64,000 bases of DNA from Thermostichus sp. DRC_bins_24 (GTDB lineage Bacteria; Cyanobacteriota; Cyanobacteriia; Thermostichales; Thermostichaceae). Under the pieces are notes generated by a model. The model saw only the letters and a program-made list of their open reading frames with translations, searched no databases and was not told the origin of the DNA. Each line of letters opens with the position of its first letter. The first letter of the stretch is position 1. The stretch spans positions 44,559-108,558 of the forward strand of contig JAUQVK010000067.1 in assembly GCA_039794845.1 (NCBI GenBank), in the 5' to 3' direction. Both the position numbers and the translations under genes were made by a program. Shown piece after piece: positions 52,591 to 62,662 of the stretch.

Positions 52591-53490
52591 ATGGATCATT
52601 CTGCTACCGTGGCCCGCCGCTACATGAAGTTGTGCGAGGCCTATCTCTCCCTCAACGAAGCCTTCGACAAATTGGATCAATCCCACAGCAATTTGCAGCG
52701 CCGCTTCAAGGGACTGTTCAGCTACTTCAGTACGGCTCAGCAGGCGCTGACGCAGCTGCCCATTCTGCAACAACGCATGGAACAAAGCGACCGCTGGCTC
52801 AACTCTCTGCGGGAAGAACTGCAAGCCAAAGAAGCCCGAATTGGTGAATTGATTGCCAACTATGACCAAGCCTGTGGGGAACTGGAATCCACCAAAACAG
52901 AGTTGTTGAGCGCTCAGGCCTTGATCGAAAAACTCGAAGAGGAAAATGCTCAAGTTTTGGAACGATTGAGTCGGTTTACCCGCCTGGAAGACGAAATGAC
53001 AGATTTGCGAGAACAACTGGCTCAAGCCAACGAGGCTCGCCAACAGATGGAAGCTCAAAATCGTGAGCTGGAACGGGCCTTGGGAGACCGGGATCAGCAA
53101 ATTTACAGCCTGCAAGAGCGCCTGGCTCAGCTGGAGCAAGAGCTTGCCTTCTTGAAAGCACAACGGGATGAAGCCCGGCAAACTGTGCAACTGGTTACCT
53201 CTCGTGCTGAACAGGCGGAAGCCAGCTTACAGGCGCAGACCGAAGAAGTGAAGGCTTTACGAAACAAGCTGAATCGAGCCGAGCAGCAACTGGCGATGGT
53301 GGCGCTAAATGAGTTGGAGCTGTTGCTTGCAGATGAATCCATGAGGACATTTCATGAGGTAGAACAGGCGATGGCAGCTGATGAACAGGTGCTGGAAGCT
53401 TTGCCTGCTTCTCTGACAGAAACGGAGCGCATTCTGCTGGAGATCGATCAGTTTATTCTGTCTTGTTCCGATCCTGTTCGGAGCAAATGA
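52591..53490 (+). CDS. Long coiled-coil hypothetical protein
   Basis: 299-aa E/Q/L/A-rich heptad ORF. Confidence 0.7.
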   Translation: MDHSATVARRYMKLCEAYLSLNEAFDKLDQSHSNLQRRFKGLFSYFSTAQQALTQLPILQQRMEQSDRWLNSLREELQAKEARIGELIANYDQACGELESTKTELLSAQALIEKLEEENAQVLERLSRFTRLEDEMTDLREQLAQANEARQQMEAQNRELERALGDRDQQIYSLQERLAQLEQELAFLKAQRDEARQTVQLVTSRAEQAEASLQAQTEEVKALRNKLNRAEQQLAMVALNELELLLADESMRTFHEVEQAMAADEQVLEALPASLTETERILLEIDQFILSCSDPVRSK

Positions 53491-53550
53491 AACCGTAGGC
53501 CGCTTGACTGGCAAACGGCTTTTGCGCCCTAGCTTTGAGGCATTCACTGG

Positions 53551-53577
53551 GCTGTCCGGCAGGGCGGCTTTTTCTTT
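53551..53577 (+). terminator. Putative intrinsic terminator
   Basis: gctgtcc-ggca-gggcggc stem with G-U pairs, followed by tttttcttt, between convergent genes. Confidence 0.5.
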
Positions 53578-53622
53578 GCGATGATTTTCGCGGTGAAAGA
53601 CTCACATCCGGGATCCACTCGG

Positions 53623-56595
53623 TTACTCCTCCAGCCAGGGCTGACAACTGCACACCAAGTGGCGATCCCCATAGACATTGTCAATGCGGCTGACGCTGGG
53701 CCAGAACTTATGGGCTTTGACCCAAGGGGCCGGATACCCCCCAACCGAGCGGGGATAAGGACGATCCCACAGATCGGCGGTAAGTACTGCGGCGGTGTGG
53801 GGGGCCAATTTCAGAGGGTTGCGCAGGGGATCCGCTTCCCCCCGTTCAATGGCGGCGATCTCCTGACGAATGGCAATCATCGCCTCACAGAAGCGATCCA
53901 ACTCCGCCAAAGATTCACTCTCGGTGGGCTCCACCATCATCGTTCCCGCCACAGGCCAAGACACCGTCGGGGCATGAAAGCCGTAGTCCATCAGGCGCTT
54001 GGCCACATCCTCCACCTCAATGCCGGCACTCTTTTTCAGGGGGCGCAAATCCAGAATGCACTCGTGGGCCACCAAACCAGCAGTTCCCTTGTAGAGCACC
54101 GGATAGTAGGGATCCAAGCGGTGGGCGATGTAGTTGGCATTCAAAATGGCCACCTGGGTGGCGAGGGTGAGTCCGGCGGATCCCATCAGGCGAATGTAGG
54201 CCCAAGAAATGGGCAGAATACTGGCGCTCCCCCAAGGGGCGGCACTGACCGGGCCGTTACACCCCGGCAAGAAGGGATGACCGGGCAGATAGGGCAGCAG
54301 ATGGGCCGCCACCCCGATCGGCCCCACCCCCGGCCCACCCCCCCCGTGGGGAATACAAAAGGTTTTGTGCAGGTTCAAGTGGCACACATCTGCCCCCAAT
54401 TCACCGGGCCGACATATCCCCACCTGGGCATTGAGGTTGGCCCCATCCATATACACCTGCCCTCCCGCCTCGTGAACGATCCGGCACAGGTCCCGGATCC
54501 CTTCTTCAAACACCCCGTGGGTGGAAGGGTAGGTGATCATCAAAGCCGCTAGGTGCTGCCGGTGTTGCTCGGCTTTGGCCCGCAAATCCGCCCGATCAAT
54601 GTTGCCCGCTGCGTCACAGGCAACACTGACCACCCGCATGCCCGCCATCACGGCGCTGGCCGGATTGGTGCCGTGGGCGGAAGTGGGGATCAAACACACC
54701 TGCCGATGGCCCTCCCCCTTGGCCTGGTGATAGCGGCGAATGGCCAACAGCCCGGCGTATTCCCCCTGGGATCCGGCATTGGGCTGCAAAGAAACCCCCG
54801 CAAAACCGGTGATTTCCGCCAGCATCCTTTCCAGTTGAGCAAACAGGGTTTGGTAGCCGCGGGCCTGCTCCAGCGGGGCAAAAGGATGGATCTGCCCAAA
54901 CTCCGGCCAAGTGACGGGGATCATCTCCACCGTGGCATTCAGCTTCATGGTGCAGGAACCGAGGGGGATCATGGAGTGGGTCAAGGAGAGATCCCGACTT
55001 TGCAAACGGTGCAGGTAGCGCAGCAGCTCGGTCTCGGAGTGGTAGCTGTTGAAAACGGGATGGGTAAGGTAGGGGCTGGTGCGGAGCAAACCGGGGGGCA
55101 AACTCCGGCTGGGATCCGGCCAGGTGCTGGGGGAATCGGGATCCCACCCCTCTCGATCCTTATCCTCAAAAGGAACGTCGGATCCACTGAAGATCTGGAT
55201 CAGATCCCGGAGATCCTCACAGGTGGTGGCCTCATCCAGGCTGATCCCCAAGGTTAGTTCGTCGATTTGCCGTAGGTTAATCCGTCGTTGAGCGGCGCGG
55301 GTTTGGATCTCCTTGACTTGAGCAGCGGATACAGTGCGCACCCAAAAGGTATCGAAGAAGTGCGCCGGCCCCACCTCGTAGCCCAACCGGCGGAGCTGTG
55401 CCGCCAGCTTATGGGCTTGACCATGGATCTTCAGAGCAATCTTCTGCAACCCCTTTGGCCCGTGATAAACGGCATACATCGAGGCCATGACTGCCAAGAG
55501 CACCTGGGCCGTACAGATGTTGCTGGTGGCTTTGTCGCGGCGGATGTGTTGCTCTCGGGTTTGCAACGCCAGGCGCAGAGCAGGATGGCCCTGGGCATCT
55601 TGAGAAACCCCCACCAACCGTCCCGGCAAGAGGCGTTTGTGGGCCTCACGGGTGGCAAAGTAAGCCGCATGGGGGCCGCCATACCCCAACGGGATGCCAA
55701 ACCGTTGGGTGGATCCCACCACAATATCCGCTCCCCATTCCCCCGGTGGCTTGAGTAGGGTGAGGCTGAGCAAATCGGCCGCCACCGTCACCAGGATCCC
55801 CTGCTGATGGGCTTGTTCTACCAGCTCCCGATAATCCCGAATGTCGCCGTAGGTGTTGGGGTACTGCAACAACAGACCAAAGCTCTCGCCATCCAACCGG
55901 AAATTGGCCGGATCCGCCAGGCGAATCTGGATCCCCAGGGGTTCGGCCCGCGTCTGCAACACCGCCACCGTTTGCGGATGACAGCCCTGATCCACCCAGA
56001 AAAGCTGGGATCCCTTGCGGGCTAGCCCGTAGCTGAGGGTCATGGCTTCCGCCGCCGCCGTCCCCTCATCCAGCAAAGAAGCGTTGGCGATCTCCATCCC
56101 CGTTAGGTCGATCACCATTGTCTGAAAATTCAGCAGCGCCTCCAGGCGTCCCTGGGCAATTTCTGCCTGGTAGGGGGTGTATTGGGTGTACCAGCCGGGG
56201 TTTTCCAGGATATTGCGCTGAATCACGGGCGGCGTTAGACAGTTGGAGTAGCCCATGCCCAAAAATGACCGCCACACCTGGTTTTGGGCGGCAATCTCCT
56301 TGAGTTCCGCCAACACCTGCTGCTCCGTGCGCGGGGATCCCAGAGTTAAGGGCCGAGCACTGCGAATGGCCGCCGGGACAGTCTTTTCCACCAACTCCTC
56401 TAGGGAACGCAATCCCAGCACCTGCAACATGTGCTGGATCTGCTGCGGATCCGGCCCAATATGCCGCCTGACGAACAGCTCGGTCTGCTCCAGCAACCGC
56501 ACATCCGGAGGAGGAAGGGGTAGGGAGATCTCCTCAGAGGGATCCCCGTGGGAGGCGTCGAGTCGGGTCGAGTGGAGGATGGCAGCGTCAGACAT
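53623..56595 (-). CDS. gcvP: Glycine dehydrogenase (decarboxylating), P protein
   Basis: [58 protein letters not shown]; start at ATG 56595 inferred. Confidence 0.97.
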   Translation of the reverse strand: MSDAAILHSTRLDASHGDPSEEISLPLPPPDVRLLEQTELFVRRHIGPDPQQIQHMLQVLGLRSLEELVEKTVPAAIRSARPLTLGSPRTEQQVLAELKEIAAQNQVWRSFLGMGYSNCLTPPVIQRNILENPGWYTQYTPYQAEIAQGRLEALLNFQTMVIDLTGMEIANASLLDEGTAAAEAMTLSYGLARKGSQLFWVDQGCHPQTVAVLQTRAEPLGIQIRLADPANFRLDGESFGLLLQYPNTYGDIRDYRELVEQAHQQGILVTVAADLLSLTLLKPPGEWGADIVVGSTQRFGIPLGYGGPHAAYFATREAHKRLLPGRLVGVSQDAQGHPALRLALQTREQHIRRDKATSNICTAQVLLAVMASMYAVYHGPKGLQKIALKIHGQAHKLAAQLRRLGYEVGPAHFFDTFWVRTVSAAQVKEIQTRAAQRRINLRQIDELTLGISLDEATTCEDLRDLIQIFSGSDVPFEDKDREGWDPDSPSTWPDPSRSLPPGLLRTSPYLTHPVFNSYHSETELLRYLHRLQSRDLSLTHSMIPLGSCTMKLNATVEMIPVTWPEFGQIHPFAPLEQARGYQTLFAQLERMLAEITGFAGVSLQPNAGSQGEYAGLLAIRRYHQAKGEGHRQVCLIPTSAHGTNPASAVMAGMRVVSVACDAAGNIDRADLRAKAEQHRQHLAALMITYPSTHGVFEEGIRDLCRIVHEAGGQVYMDGANLNAQVGICRPGELGADVCHLNLHKTFCIPHGGGGPGVGPIGVAAHLLPYLPGHPFLPGCNGPVSAAPWGSASILPISWAYIRLMGSAGLTLATQVAILNANYIAHRLDPYYPVLYKGTAGLVAHECILDLRPLKKSAGIEVEDVAKRLMDYGFHAPTVSWPVAGTMMVEPTESESLAELDRFCEAMIAIRQEIAAIERGEADPLRNPLKLAPHTAAVLTADLWDRPYPRSVGGYPAPWVKAHKFWPSVSRIDNVYGDRHLVCSCQPWLEE

Positions 56596-56786
56596 GGTGC
56601 AACAACAAGTGGGGTGCGGCAAGAACAACTGTCTCCTGATCATAGTTGTTAAAAATTGTTTCTGGAGGGATCCAGATCCTGTCTCAGCCCTCGATTCGGG
56701 GTAGGGGGAATGAGACACTAAATGGTCGGAGGATGTTATTGCCCAATCAGATGAGAGTTTTGAACCCTGTTCGGAGAAGTGGTGCT

Positions 56787-57155
56787 ATGCGTTTCCTGCT
56801 GTCTGCTCTGGTTCGCGTTCTGTTGGTTCTGTGCCTTTGCTTTGCCCCCTTTGGGATCACAGTTACCGCTCATGCTGCGGAACTGCCCGCCGTGAAGCAC
56901 CTGGATACCCCCATCGATGTGAACAACACCATCCTGCGCAACTATCGCCAACTGCCGGGCTTCTACCCCAACTTGGCTCGCACGTTGGTGCAACATGCGC
57001 CCTATGACAGCCTGGAGGATATGCTGCGGATCCCGGGCCTGACGGAAGAGCAAAAAGCCCTGATCAAGGCCAATGCGGAGAACTTCGTTATTGGGGAGTA
57101 TCAGGAAGGGGCCAACCAACTGGAAAACCGCATCAATCAGGGCTACTACGGTTAA
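56787..57155 (+). CDS. psbU: Photosystem II 12 kDa extrinsic protein
   Basis: Signal peptide; [38 protein letters not shown]. Confidence 0.92.
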   Translation: MRFLLSALVRVLLVLCLCFAPFGITVTAHAAELPAVKHLDTPIDVNNTILRNYRQLPGFYPNLARTLVQHAPYDSLEDMLRIPGLTEEQKALIKANAENFVIGEYQEGANQLENRINQGYYG

Positions 57156-57216
57156 TTCCGGCACTGTGAGGGGAATTGGCTCGTTGGACTGCCTCCTTAC
57201 TGATTGAGGGGGAAGG

Positions 57217-58098
57217 GTGGCCTACGACAACGTTTGTAAGTACCTGGTGGAACTCTTTCCCGGCGCCTTTGCCGAGTGGTTATTGGGATCCCCTATTCCC
57301 TTGGTTCAGTTGCAGCCGACGGAACTGTCCACCGAGCCCATCCGAGCCGATTCCCTGATTCTGCTGAGGGCCCAAAACCTGATCTTGCACCTGGAGTTCC
57401 AAACCGATCCCGATCCGGATATTCCTTTTCGCATGGCAGATTATTGCCTGCGCCTCTATCGCCGCTACCCTGAGCAGCAGGTGCGGCAAATTGTCATCTA
57501 CCTGAGAAAAACCCAGTCGCAATGGGTGTACCAGACCTCTTTTCAAAGAGGTCTTCTATCCCATCAGTTCGAGGTTTTGCGGTTGTGGGAGCAGGATCCC
57601 GAGACCTTATCTCGGTATCCGGGACTGTTGCCCTTTGTAGTGTTGGCAGAGCCTGAAGATCCAGAGCCGCGTCTACGGCAAGTGGCCAGAGCAATTGCAG
57701 GGATAGCGAACCCAGCACTTCAGCAGGAAGTAAAAGCAGCTACCGCCGTCTTGGCAGGATTAACATGGACACCAGAGGGGATTAGCAGAGTGCTGGGAGG
57801 TCTGGCGGTGCGAGAGTCTGTGATTTACCAGGCATGGCGAGCAGAAGCGCTGCGAGAAGGGCGAGAGGAAGGGCTGCAGCAGGGGTTACAGCAGGGGTTA
57901 CAGCAGGGGTTACAGCAAGAAGCAACCCGACTGACTCTGAGTCAACTGCGGCGCAAGCTCGGGCCTTTGCCAGAAGAGATATCTGAGACCATTCGGCTTT
58001 TGTCTACGCAGCAGTTGGAGGCTTTGGCGGAAGCACTGCTCGATTTCCAAACCTTGGACGATTTAACCCGCTGGCTTGGGGATTCCTCATCCCGCTAG
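57217..58098 (+). CDS. Rpn-family (PD-(D/E)xK) nuclease with DUF4351 C-terminus
   Basis: YDNVCKYL, EPIRADSLI, HLEFQT, PFRMADY, RESVIYQ, (GLQQ)4, QLEALAEALLDF. Confidence 0.88.
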   Translation: MAYDNVCKYLVELFPGAFAEWLLGSPIPLVQLQPTELSTEPIRADSLILLRAQNLILHLEFQTDPDPDIPFRMADYCLRLYRRYPEQQVRQIVIYLRKTQSQWVYQTSFQRGLLSHQFEVLRLWEQDPETLSRYPGLLPFVVLAEPEDPEPRLRQVARAIAGIANPALQQEVKAATAVLAGLTWTPEGISRVLGGLAVRESVIYQAWRAEALREGREEGLQQGLQQGLQQGLQQEATRLTLSQLRRKLGPLPEEISETIRLLSTQQLEALAEALLDFQTLDDLTRWLGDSSSR

Positions 58099-58167
58099 CA
58101 TTCGACTGAACCTCAACTTCTGTCATCTTGGAGTTCTAGTGCCATTGCACCCCCTGGAATCTTTCCT

Positions 58168-59253
58168 ATGAAACTGCCACGGGTGGTGATCTGTGGCTAC
58201 TACGGCTACGGCAATGGTGGCGATGAAGCGTTGTTGTTAGCCCTTATTCAGCAGCTCCAGCAGTTGCCTAACCCTGTACAGCCGGTGGTGCTCTCTCGTC
58301 AGCCCGCCCAAACGGCAGCCAGCTATCCAGTATTGGCTTGCCCTCGGTTCAATGGCTTGGCCCTCCAGCGTTGCTTGCAAGAGGCCGAGGTTTTTGTGTG
58401 GGGTGGGGGTAGTCTGTTGCAGGATCGCACCAGCTGGCGTAGCCCTTTGTATTACTTGGGGGTGATGGGTTGGGCTCAGCAGCTGCGGCTGAAAACCCTT
58501 GCCTGGGCCCAGGGGATCGGCCCTTTGGATCGGGTTTGGATTCGTGGGTTGGTCCGGCGATCTTTGGTGGGTTGTACGGCCATCAGCGTGCGAGATCGGG
58601 CAGCCTCACAGCTGTTGGAAGATTGGGGGATCCCTCATCAGGTGGCCCCCGATCCGGTTTGGGGGTTGAGATCGAAAACCTTGCCCGAGTGGGAGACTTG
58701 GCCGCAGCCCCGCATTGCCGTGGTATTGCGTCAGCATCCTCAACTGACCCCGGCCCGCCTAAGCTCTCTCGGTCAGGGGTTGGTGCGCCTCCAGGCTGCT
58801 ACGGGGGCTTATCTCCTATTTATTCCCTTCCAACTGGCCCCTCAGGGCTCCCCGGAGTTGGGGGCCGATTACCGCTTGGCTCAAGAGCTACAGCAACACT
58901 TGCCCGACTCCAGCCGGGTGCTGGATATTCGGGATCCCTGCCTGCTCAAGGGGATCTTTCGGGGTGTACGGCTGGCGATCACGATGCGCTACCACGGGTT
59001 GGTGATGGCGGCAGCAGAGGGGTGTGCTTGCTTTGGCCTCAGCTATGACCCAAAGGTGAGTAACCTGCTACAAGAACTGGGGATGCCCGGCTGGGATTTG
59101 GAGGAGCTCCCGACCGACCCAGAAACCCTCCACCGGGCTTGGCTGAGCTGCTACGAAACTGGGCTAGCCCTGAGCTCTGCAGAAATTGAAACCTGGGTGC
59201 AACGGTCTGCTCAACACGGGGAATTGCTCCGACAGCAGTTGAGTCGGGGGTAG
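58168..59253 (+). CDS. csaB: Polysaccharide pyruvyl transferase CsaB
   Basis: GYYGYGNGGDEALL, GGGSLLQD.TS, AQGIGP, MRYHG, SYDPKV. Confidence 0.93.
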   Translation: MKLPRVVICGYYGYGNGGDEALLLALIQQLQQLPNPVQPVVLSRQPAQTAASYPVLACPRFNGLALQRCLQEAEVFVWGGGSLLQDRTSWRSPLYYLGVMGWAQQLRLKTLAWAQGIGPLDRVWIRGLVRRSLVGCTAISVRDRAASQLLEDWGIPHQVAPDPVWGLRSKTLPEWETWPQPRIAVVLRQHPQLTPARLSSLGQGLVRLQAATGAYLLFIPFQLAPQGSPELGADYRLAQELQQHLPDSSRVLDIRDPCLLKGIFRGVRLAITMRYHGLVMAAAEGCACFGLSYDPKVSNLLQELGMPGWDLEELPTDPETLHRAWLSCYETGLALSSAEIETWVQRSAQHGELLRQQLSRG

Positions 59254-59319
59254 CCTTGTTTGGATCCCTCTCGAGAGGCGCCTTACCCTAGAAGAAGGAA
59301 AGCCCAGGGATCCTCTGGC

Positions 59320-59904
59320 ATGACCTCACCCATTCAGTCCCTCACCCGAGAACAAGTTTTGAGCGCAATGATCGCCACCAGTGGGGCTTTGGCCCTCTTG
59401 GCAAGTTTGTGGAGCTGGCTGGGATCCCTGTCGGTGCCCTTTCGCTGGGATCCGCTGGCAGTGCTGTGGGGAGCCGGATTGGGCCTGGGGGTGATCGGGA
59501 TCAGCGAACTGGTGTATTGGCTTTGGCCTGCCTATCGTCGGGCTGCCCGTACTTACCTGCGTTTGGTGGTGGATCCCTTGCAGTGGGGGGATGTGTTTTG
59601 GCTAGGGGTGTTGCCGGGGTGGAGCGAAGAATGGCTGTTTCGCGGCGTACTGGTGTCGGTGGCGGTGACCACTCCTCTCGGTTGGACGGGCGGGATCCTC
59701 TTGAGCAGCGTCATCTTCGGGGTGCTGCACTTGCTGGAGCGGCAGGGGTGGCCCTATGTTATCTGGGCAACCGGAGTCGGGATCCTGTTGGGTTTGGGGT
59801 TGTGGCTGTCTGGCAATTTGCTGGTTACCATTGTTGCCCATGCCCTAACCAATTGGGTTGCGGCTGGCTGGTGGAAATATCGCCATTCCCAGGCTGAGGG
59901 CTGA
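59320..59904 (+). CDS. CPBP (CAAX/Abi) intramembrane glutamic endopeptidase
   Basis: EEWLFRG, FGVLH, HALTN. Confidence 0.9.
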   Translation: MTSPIQSLTREQVLSAMIATSGALALLASLWSWLGSLSVPFRWDPLAVLWGAGLGLGVIGISELVYWLWPAYRRAARTYLRLVVDPLQWGDVFWLGVLPGWSEEWLFRGVLVSVAVTTPLGWTGGILLSSVIFGVLHLLERQGWPYVIWATGVGILLGLGLWLSGNLLVTIVAHALTNWVAAGWWKYRHSQAEG

Positions 59905-59937
59905 ACAGACATTCTCTGGGGGTAAATCGTTCAACTC

Positions 59938-60795
59938 ATGCCGACCCACGCCCTGTTACATCGTCTGTTGTGGGGATCCTTCTCGTGGCTGCGAGTGGGG
60001 CGCTCCCTGCTGTTGATCGGGTTGGTGGTGTATGGCTACTTGATCTGGCTGGGCTGGTTTCAGTCGGAACGGATGATCTTTCTGCCGCGCCCCTCCAGCT
60101 ACCAAGACGGGGAGCAGATTCTCAAGCTAACCACATCCGATGGTCTCCTGATTTCTGCGGTGCATCTGCCCAACCCCGGTGCTACCTATACTCTGCTCTA
60201 CAGTCACGGCAATGCCGAAGATTTGGGCGATATTTTGCCCCGCATGCTCAGCTTGCAGCGAGAGGGGTTCGAAGTCTTGGCCTATGACTATCGCGGCTAC
60301 GGCACCAGCGAAGGGACTCCCTCTGAGGCCGGCTCCTACCTGGATATCGAAGCGGCCTACACCTACTTGATCGATCAGGGAGTTTCGCCGGAGCGGATCC
60401 TTGTCTATGGCCGCTCGGTGGGGGGTGGGCCTTCTCTCTATTTGGCGGCAAAAAAGCCTGTCGGGGGGCTGATCCTAGAATCGACTTTTGTGACCGCCTT
60501 TCGGGTGTTGACGCGCATCCCGCTGCTACCCTTCGACCGCTTCGACAATTTGAGTCGGATCCCCAAGATCGAGTGCCCCGTTTTGATTTTGCACGGCACC
60601 GAGGACGGCCTGATCCCCTTCTGGCATGCCGAAACCCTCTACCGAGCCGCACGGGATCCGAAACGCCTTGTCCCGATTGAGGGGGCCAACCACAACAATC
60701 TGCTGCAGGTGGCCGGAGAGCGCTACTACGGCATCCTGCACCAGTTTGTAGCCGAGCTGGTGGATCCCTACCGAAAAGCCACCCCGTCTAGGTAG
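59938..60795 (+). CDS. Alpha/beta hydrolase (ABHD17-like)
   Basis: SHGNAEDLG, YDYRGYG, GRSVGG, HGTED, ANHN. Confidence 0.9.
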   Translation: MPTHALLHRLLWGSFSWLRVGRSLLLIGLVVYGYLIWLGWFQSERMIFLPRPSSYQDGEQILKLTTSDGLLISAVHLPNPGATYTLLYSHGNAEDLGDILPRMLSLQREGFEVLAYDYRGYGTSEGTPSEAGSYLDIEAAYTYLIDQGVSPERILVYGRSVGGGPSLYLAAKKPVGGLILESTFVTAFRVLTRIPLLPFDRFDNLSRIPKIECPVLILHGTEDGLIPFWHAETLYRAARDPKRLVPIEGANHNNLLQVAGERYYGILHQFVAELVDPYRKATPSR

Positions 60796-60996
60796 CAACG
60801 AACACAATGTTATGATGTCCCTGTTTTGCCGGTTTACCGGAGGCGAAAGGGATCCCAGCTGGATCCTGATGTGGGGTTATGCGGAAGCGGTTGCTATCGA
60901 TAAACACGTTGAACCATGAGCGATGCTTGCGTCCTGGATTCCTGAGCGACTCCTGGGCCTTTGCCCTGTTTTGTTGATCTCAAGAGGTGCTTCAGA

Positions 60997-62082
60997 ATGG
61001 TCTTGCAGGATATTTTCGGGTTTGAGCTGCTGGGCAACCCCTTGTGGAACTACCTCCTGGTCTTCTTTGTCTTCGCAGCCGGGGTCTTTGTCATTCGTAC
61101 GGTGTTGCGGGGCTTGGTTTTGCAAACCTTGGCGGGATGGCTCTCCAAATTAAACGGGATCCCCCTCGATGCCCTGATTCGTTTGGTGGAGCGCTACCTG
61201 ATCCCTTTGCTTTATTTGGGCTTGCTTTACATCTGTTTGGGCAGCCTGAACTTGGCCACCGTTCTGCGGCAAACCCTGGATGTTCTGGCCACCGTCATCG
61301 CCACCTACTTTGGTATTAACCTCCTCAGCGGCAGCGTCGAATATGCTCTGCGCATTTACCTAACGCGCAAAAAAGGTGATGCCACCACTGAGCAAAGTTT
61401 ACTGTTACTTTCTCCCATGATTCGGGTGGTGTTTAGCCTGATCGGGGTGTTGTTTTTGTTGGATAACCTGGGTTTTGATATAGCGGCACTGGTGGCCAGT
61501 TTGGGCATTGGTGGCGTCGCAATCGCCCTGGCAGCCCAAGGGGTTTTGCAGGATCTGTTCAGCTACTTTTCGATCTTGATGGATCGGCCCTTTGAGATCG
61601 GTGATTTTGTGATTTTGGGCGACTTTATGGGATCCGTCGAATACATCGGCATCAAAACCACGCGCCTACGCAGCCTCAGTGGTGAACAGATTGTCATGGC
61701 CAATACGGATATGACGGGATCCCGAATTCGCAACTACAAACGCATGCAGCGGCGGCGGGTTGTGTTTGGCTTTGGTGTCATCTACGAAACCCCCTCCGAA
61801 AAGCTGCAGGAGATCCCGAAGCTGGTGAAGCAAATCATCGATGCCGACACCAATGCCCAATTTGATCGCGCCCACTTTGCCGCCTACGGCGATTTCAGCC
61901 TCAACTACGAGGTGGTCTACTACGTGCTCAGCCCGGACTTCAACCTCTACATGGATGTGCAAGAGCGCATCAACCTCGCCCTGAAGCAAGCCTTCCAAGA
62001 ACGGGGCATCGAATTTGCCTACCCCACCCAGTTGCTCTACCTGAACCCACAGCACCAGAGCACCCTCCCTACCCCCTCTTGA
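60997..62082 (+). CDS. Small-conductance mechanosensitive channel (MscS family)
   Basis: LGIGGVAIALAAQ, DRPFEIGD, IGIKTTRLR, GIEFAYPT. Confidence 0.92.
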   Translation: MVLQDIFGFELLGNPLWNYLLVFFVFAAGVFVIRTVLRGLVLQTLAGWLSKLNGIPLDALIRLVERYLIPLLYLGLLYICLGSLNLATVLRQTLDVLATVIATYFGINLLSGSVEYALRIYLTRKKGDATTEQSLLLLSPMIRVVFSLIGVLFLLDNLGFDIAALVASLGIGGVAIALAAQGVLQDLFSYFSILMDRPFEIGDFVILGDFMGSVEYIGIKTTRLRSLSGEQIVMANTDMTGSRIRNYKRMQRRRVVFGFGVIYETPSEKLQEIPKLVKQIIDADTNAQFDRAHFAAYGDFSLNYEVVYYVLSPDFNLYMDVQERINLALKQAFQERGIEFAYPTQLLYLNPQHQSTLPTPS

Positions 62083-62088
62083 GTTAAC

Positions 62089-62194
62089 TACAGCCCTTTC
62101 GCTAGTCACATGTAACAACCGTGGAAGTTGAGATCCACCCCCCAGGGCTAAAGAAGCACAAGCCCTGCCGTAGAAAACCCGCGTAAGGGCTGTA
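62089..62194. mobile_element. MITE-like element, copy 2 (TA-CAGCCCTT...AAGGGCTG-TA)
   Basis: Perfect 10-bp inverted ends tacagccctt / aagggctgta; homologous to 11972-12124. Confidence 0.75.
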
Positions 62195-62213
62195 ATGAGG
62201 GGTTTGGGGAGCT

Positions 62214-62267
62214 ATGACCCTCCGGGTCGTGCGGAGCACGATGACCCTCCGGGTCGTGCGGAGCACG
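62214..62267. repeat. Perfect tandem duplication of a 27-bp double-hairpin unit
   Basis: atgaccctccgggtcgtgcggagcacg twice. Confidence 0.9.
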
Positions 62268-62269
62268 AT

Positions 62270-62403
62270 AAGTCCCGCGCTCTACCGATCAGGTGTTGGC
62301 GTGAGCCTGCCGTTAGGCATAGCGTCGGGATACATGGACTCCCCGCGCTTGTCGATTCCCCATGCCTCCGGCACAATAGGCGAACGATGGGGATGAGACA
62401 AGC
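62270..62403 (+). mobile_element. IS200/IS605-like end hairpins without genes, with nested small repeats
   Basis: tcccgcgct...agcgtcggga stem enclosing ttggcgtgagcctgccgttaggcat; second stem gcttgtc..tccccat...atgggga..gacaagc. Confidence 0.55.
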
Positions 62404-62662
62404 ATTTACCAGTAGCTATGCCTTATGGTAAGTCATAGTTATCTCGCTTTAGTCTTGGGTTGGGGCAGCATTGTGAAAGCCTCGTTGAGATATAAGGTTC
62501 TTGCACTGTGATCCTTCTAAAAGGCGCTGTGCGATGGGCGAAGCCCGGTCAGAAGTTGTCGTAACCTCAATCCTCAAAAATCAGGGTAAGATTTCAAAGT
62601 TGCGTTGGGAGGTGATAATCCAGCCCCTGAGCGATCACCCCTGATTCACTAATGGTCAGTCC

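Noticed and set aside
56596..56786. Glycine riboswitch upstream of gcvP
   Set aside because: The GGAGA / CCGAAG / CTCTCAGG core is not found in order, and the spacer is shared with the divergent psbU promoter.
58168..59253. csaB and the SLH protein as one functional locus
   Set aside because: They are functionally related in general but lie 43 kb apart with no linkage evidence.
62195..62431. Small ORFs 62195-62431 and 62214-62396, and a possible mini-CRISPR
   Set aside because: The ORFs simply span repeat DNA; the two 27-bp units abut with no spacer and there are no cas genes in the window.
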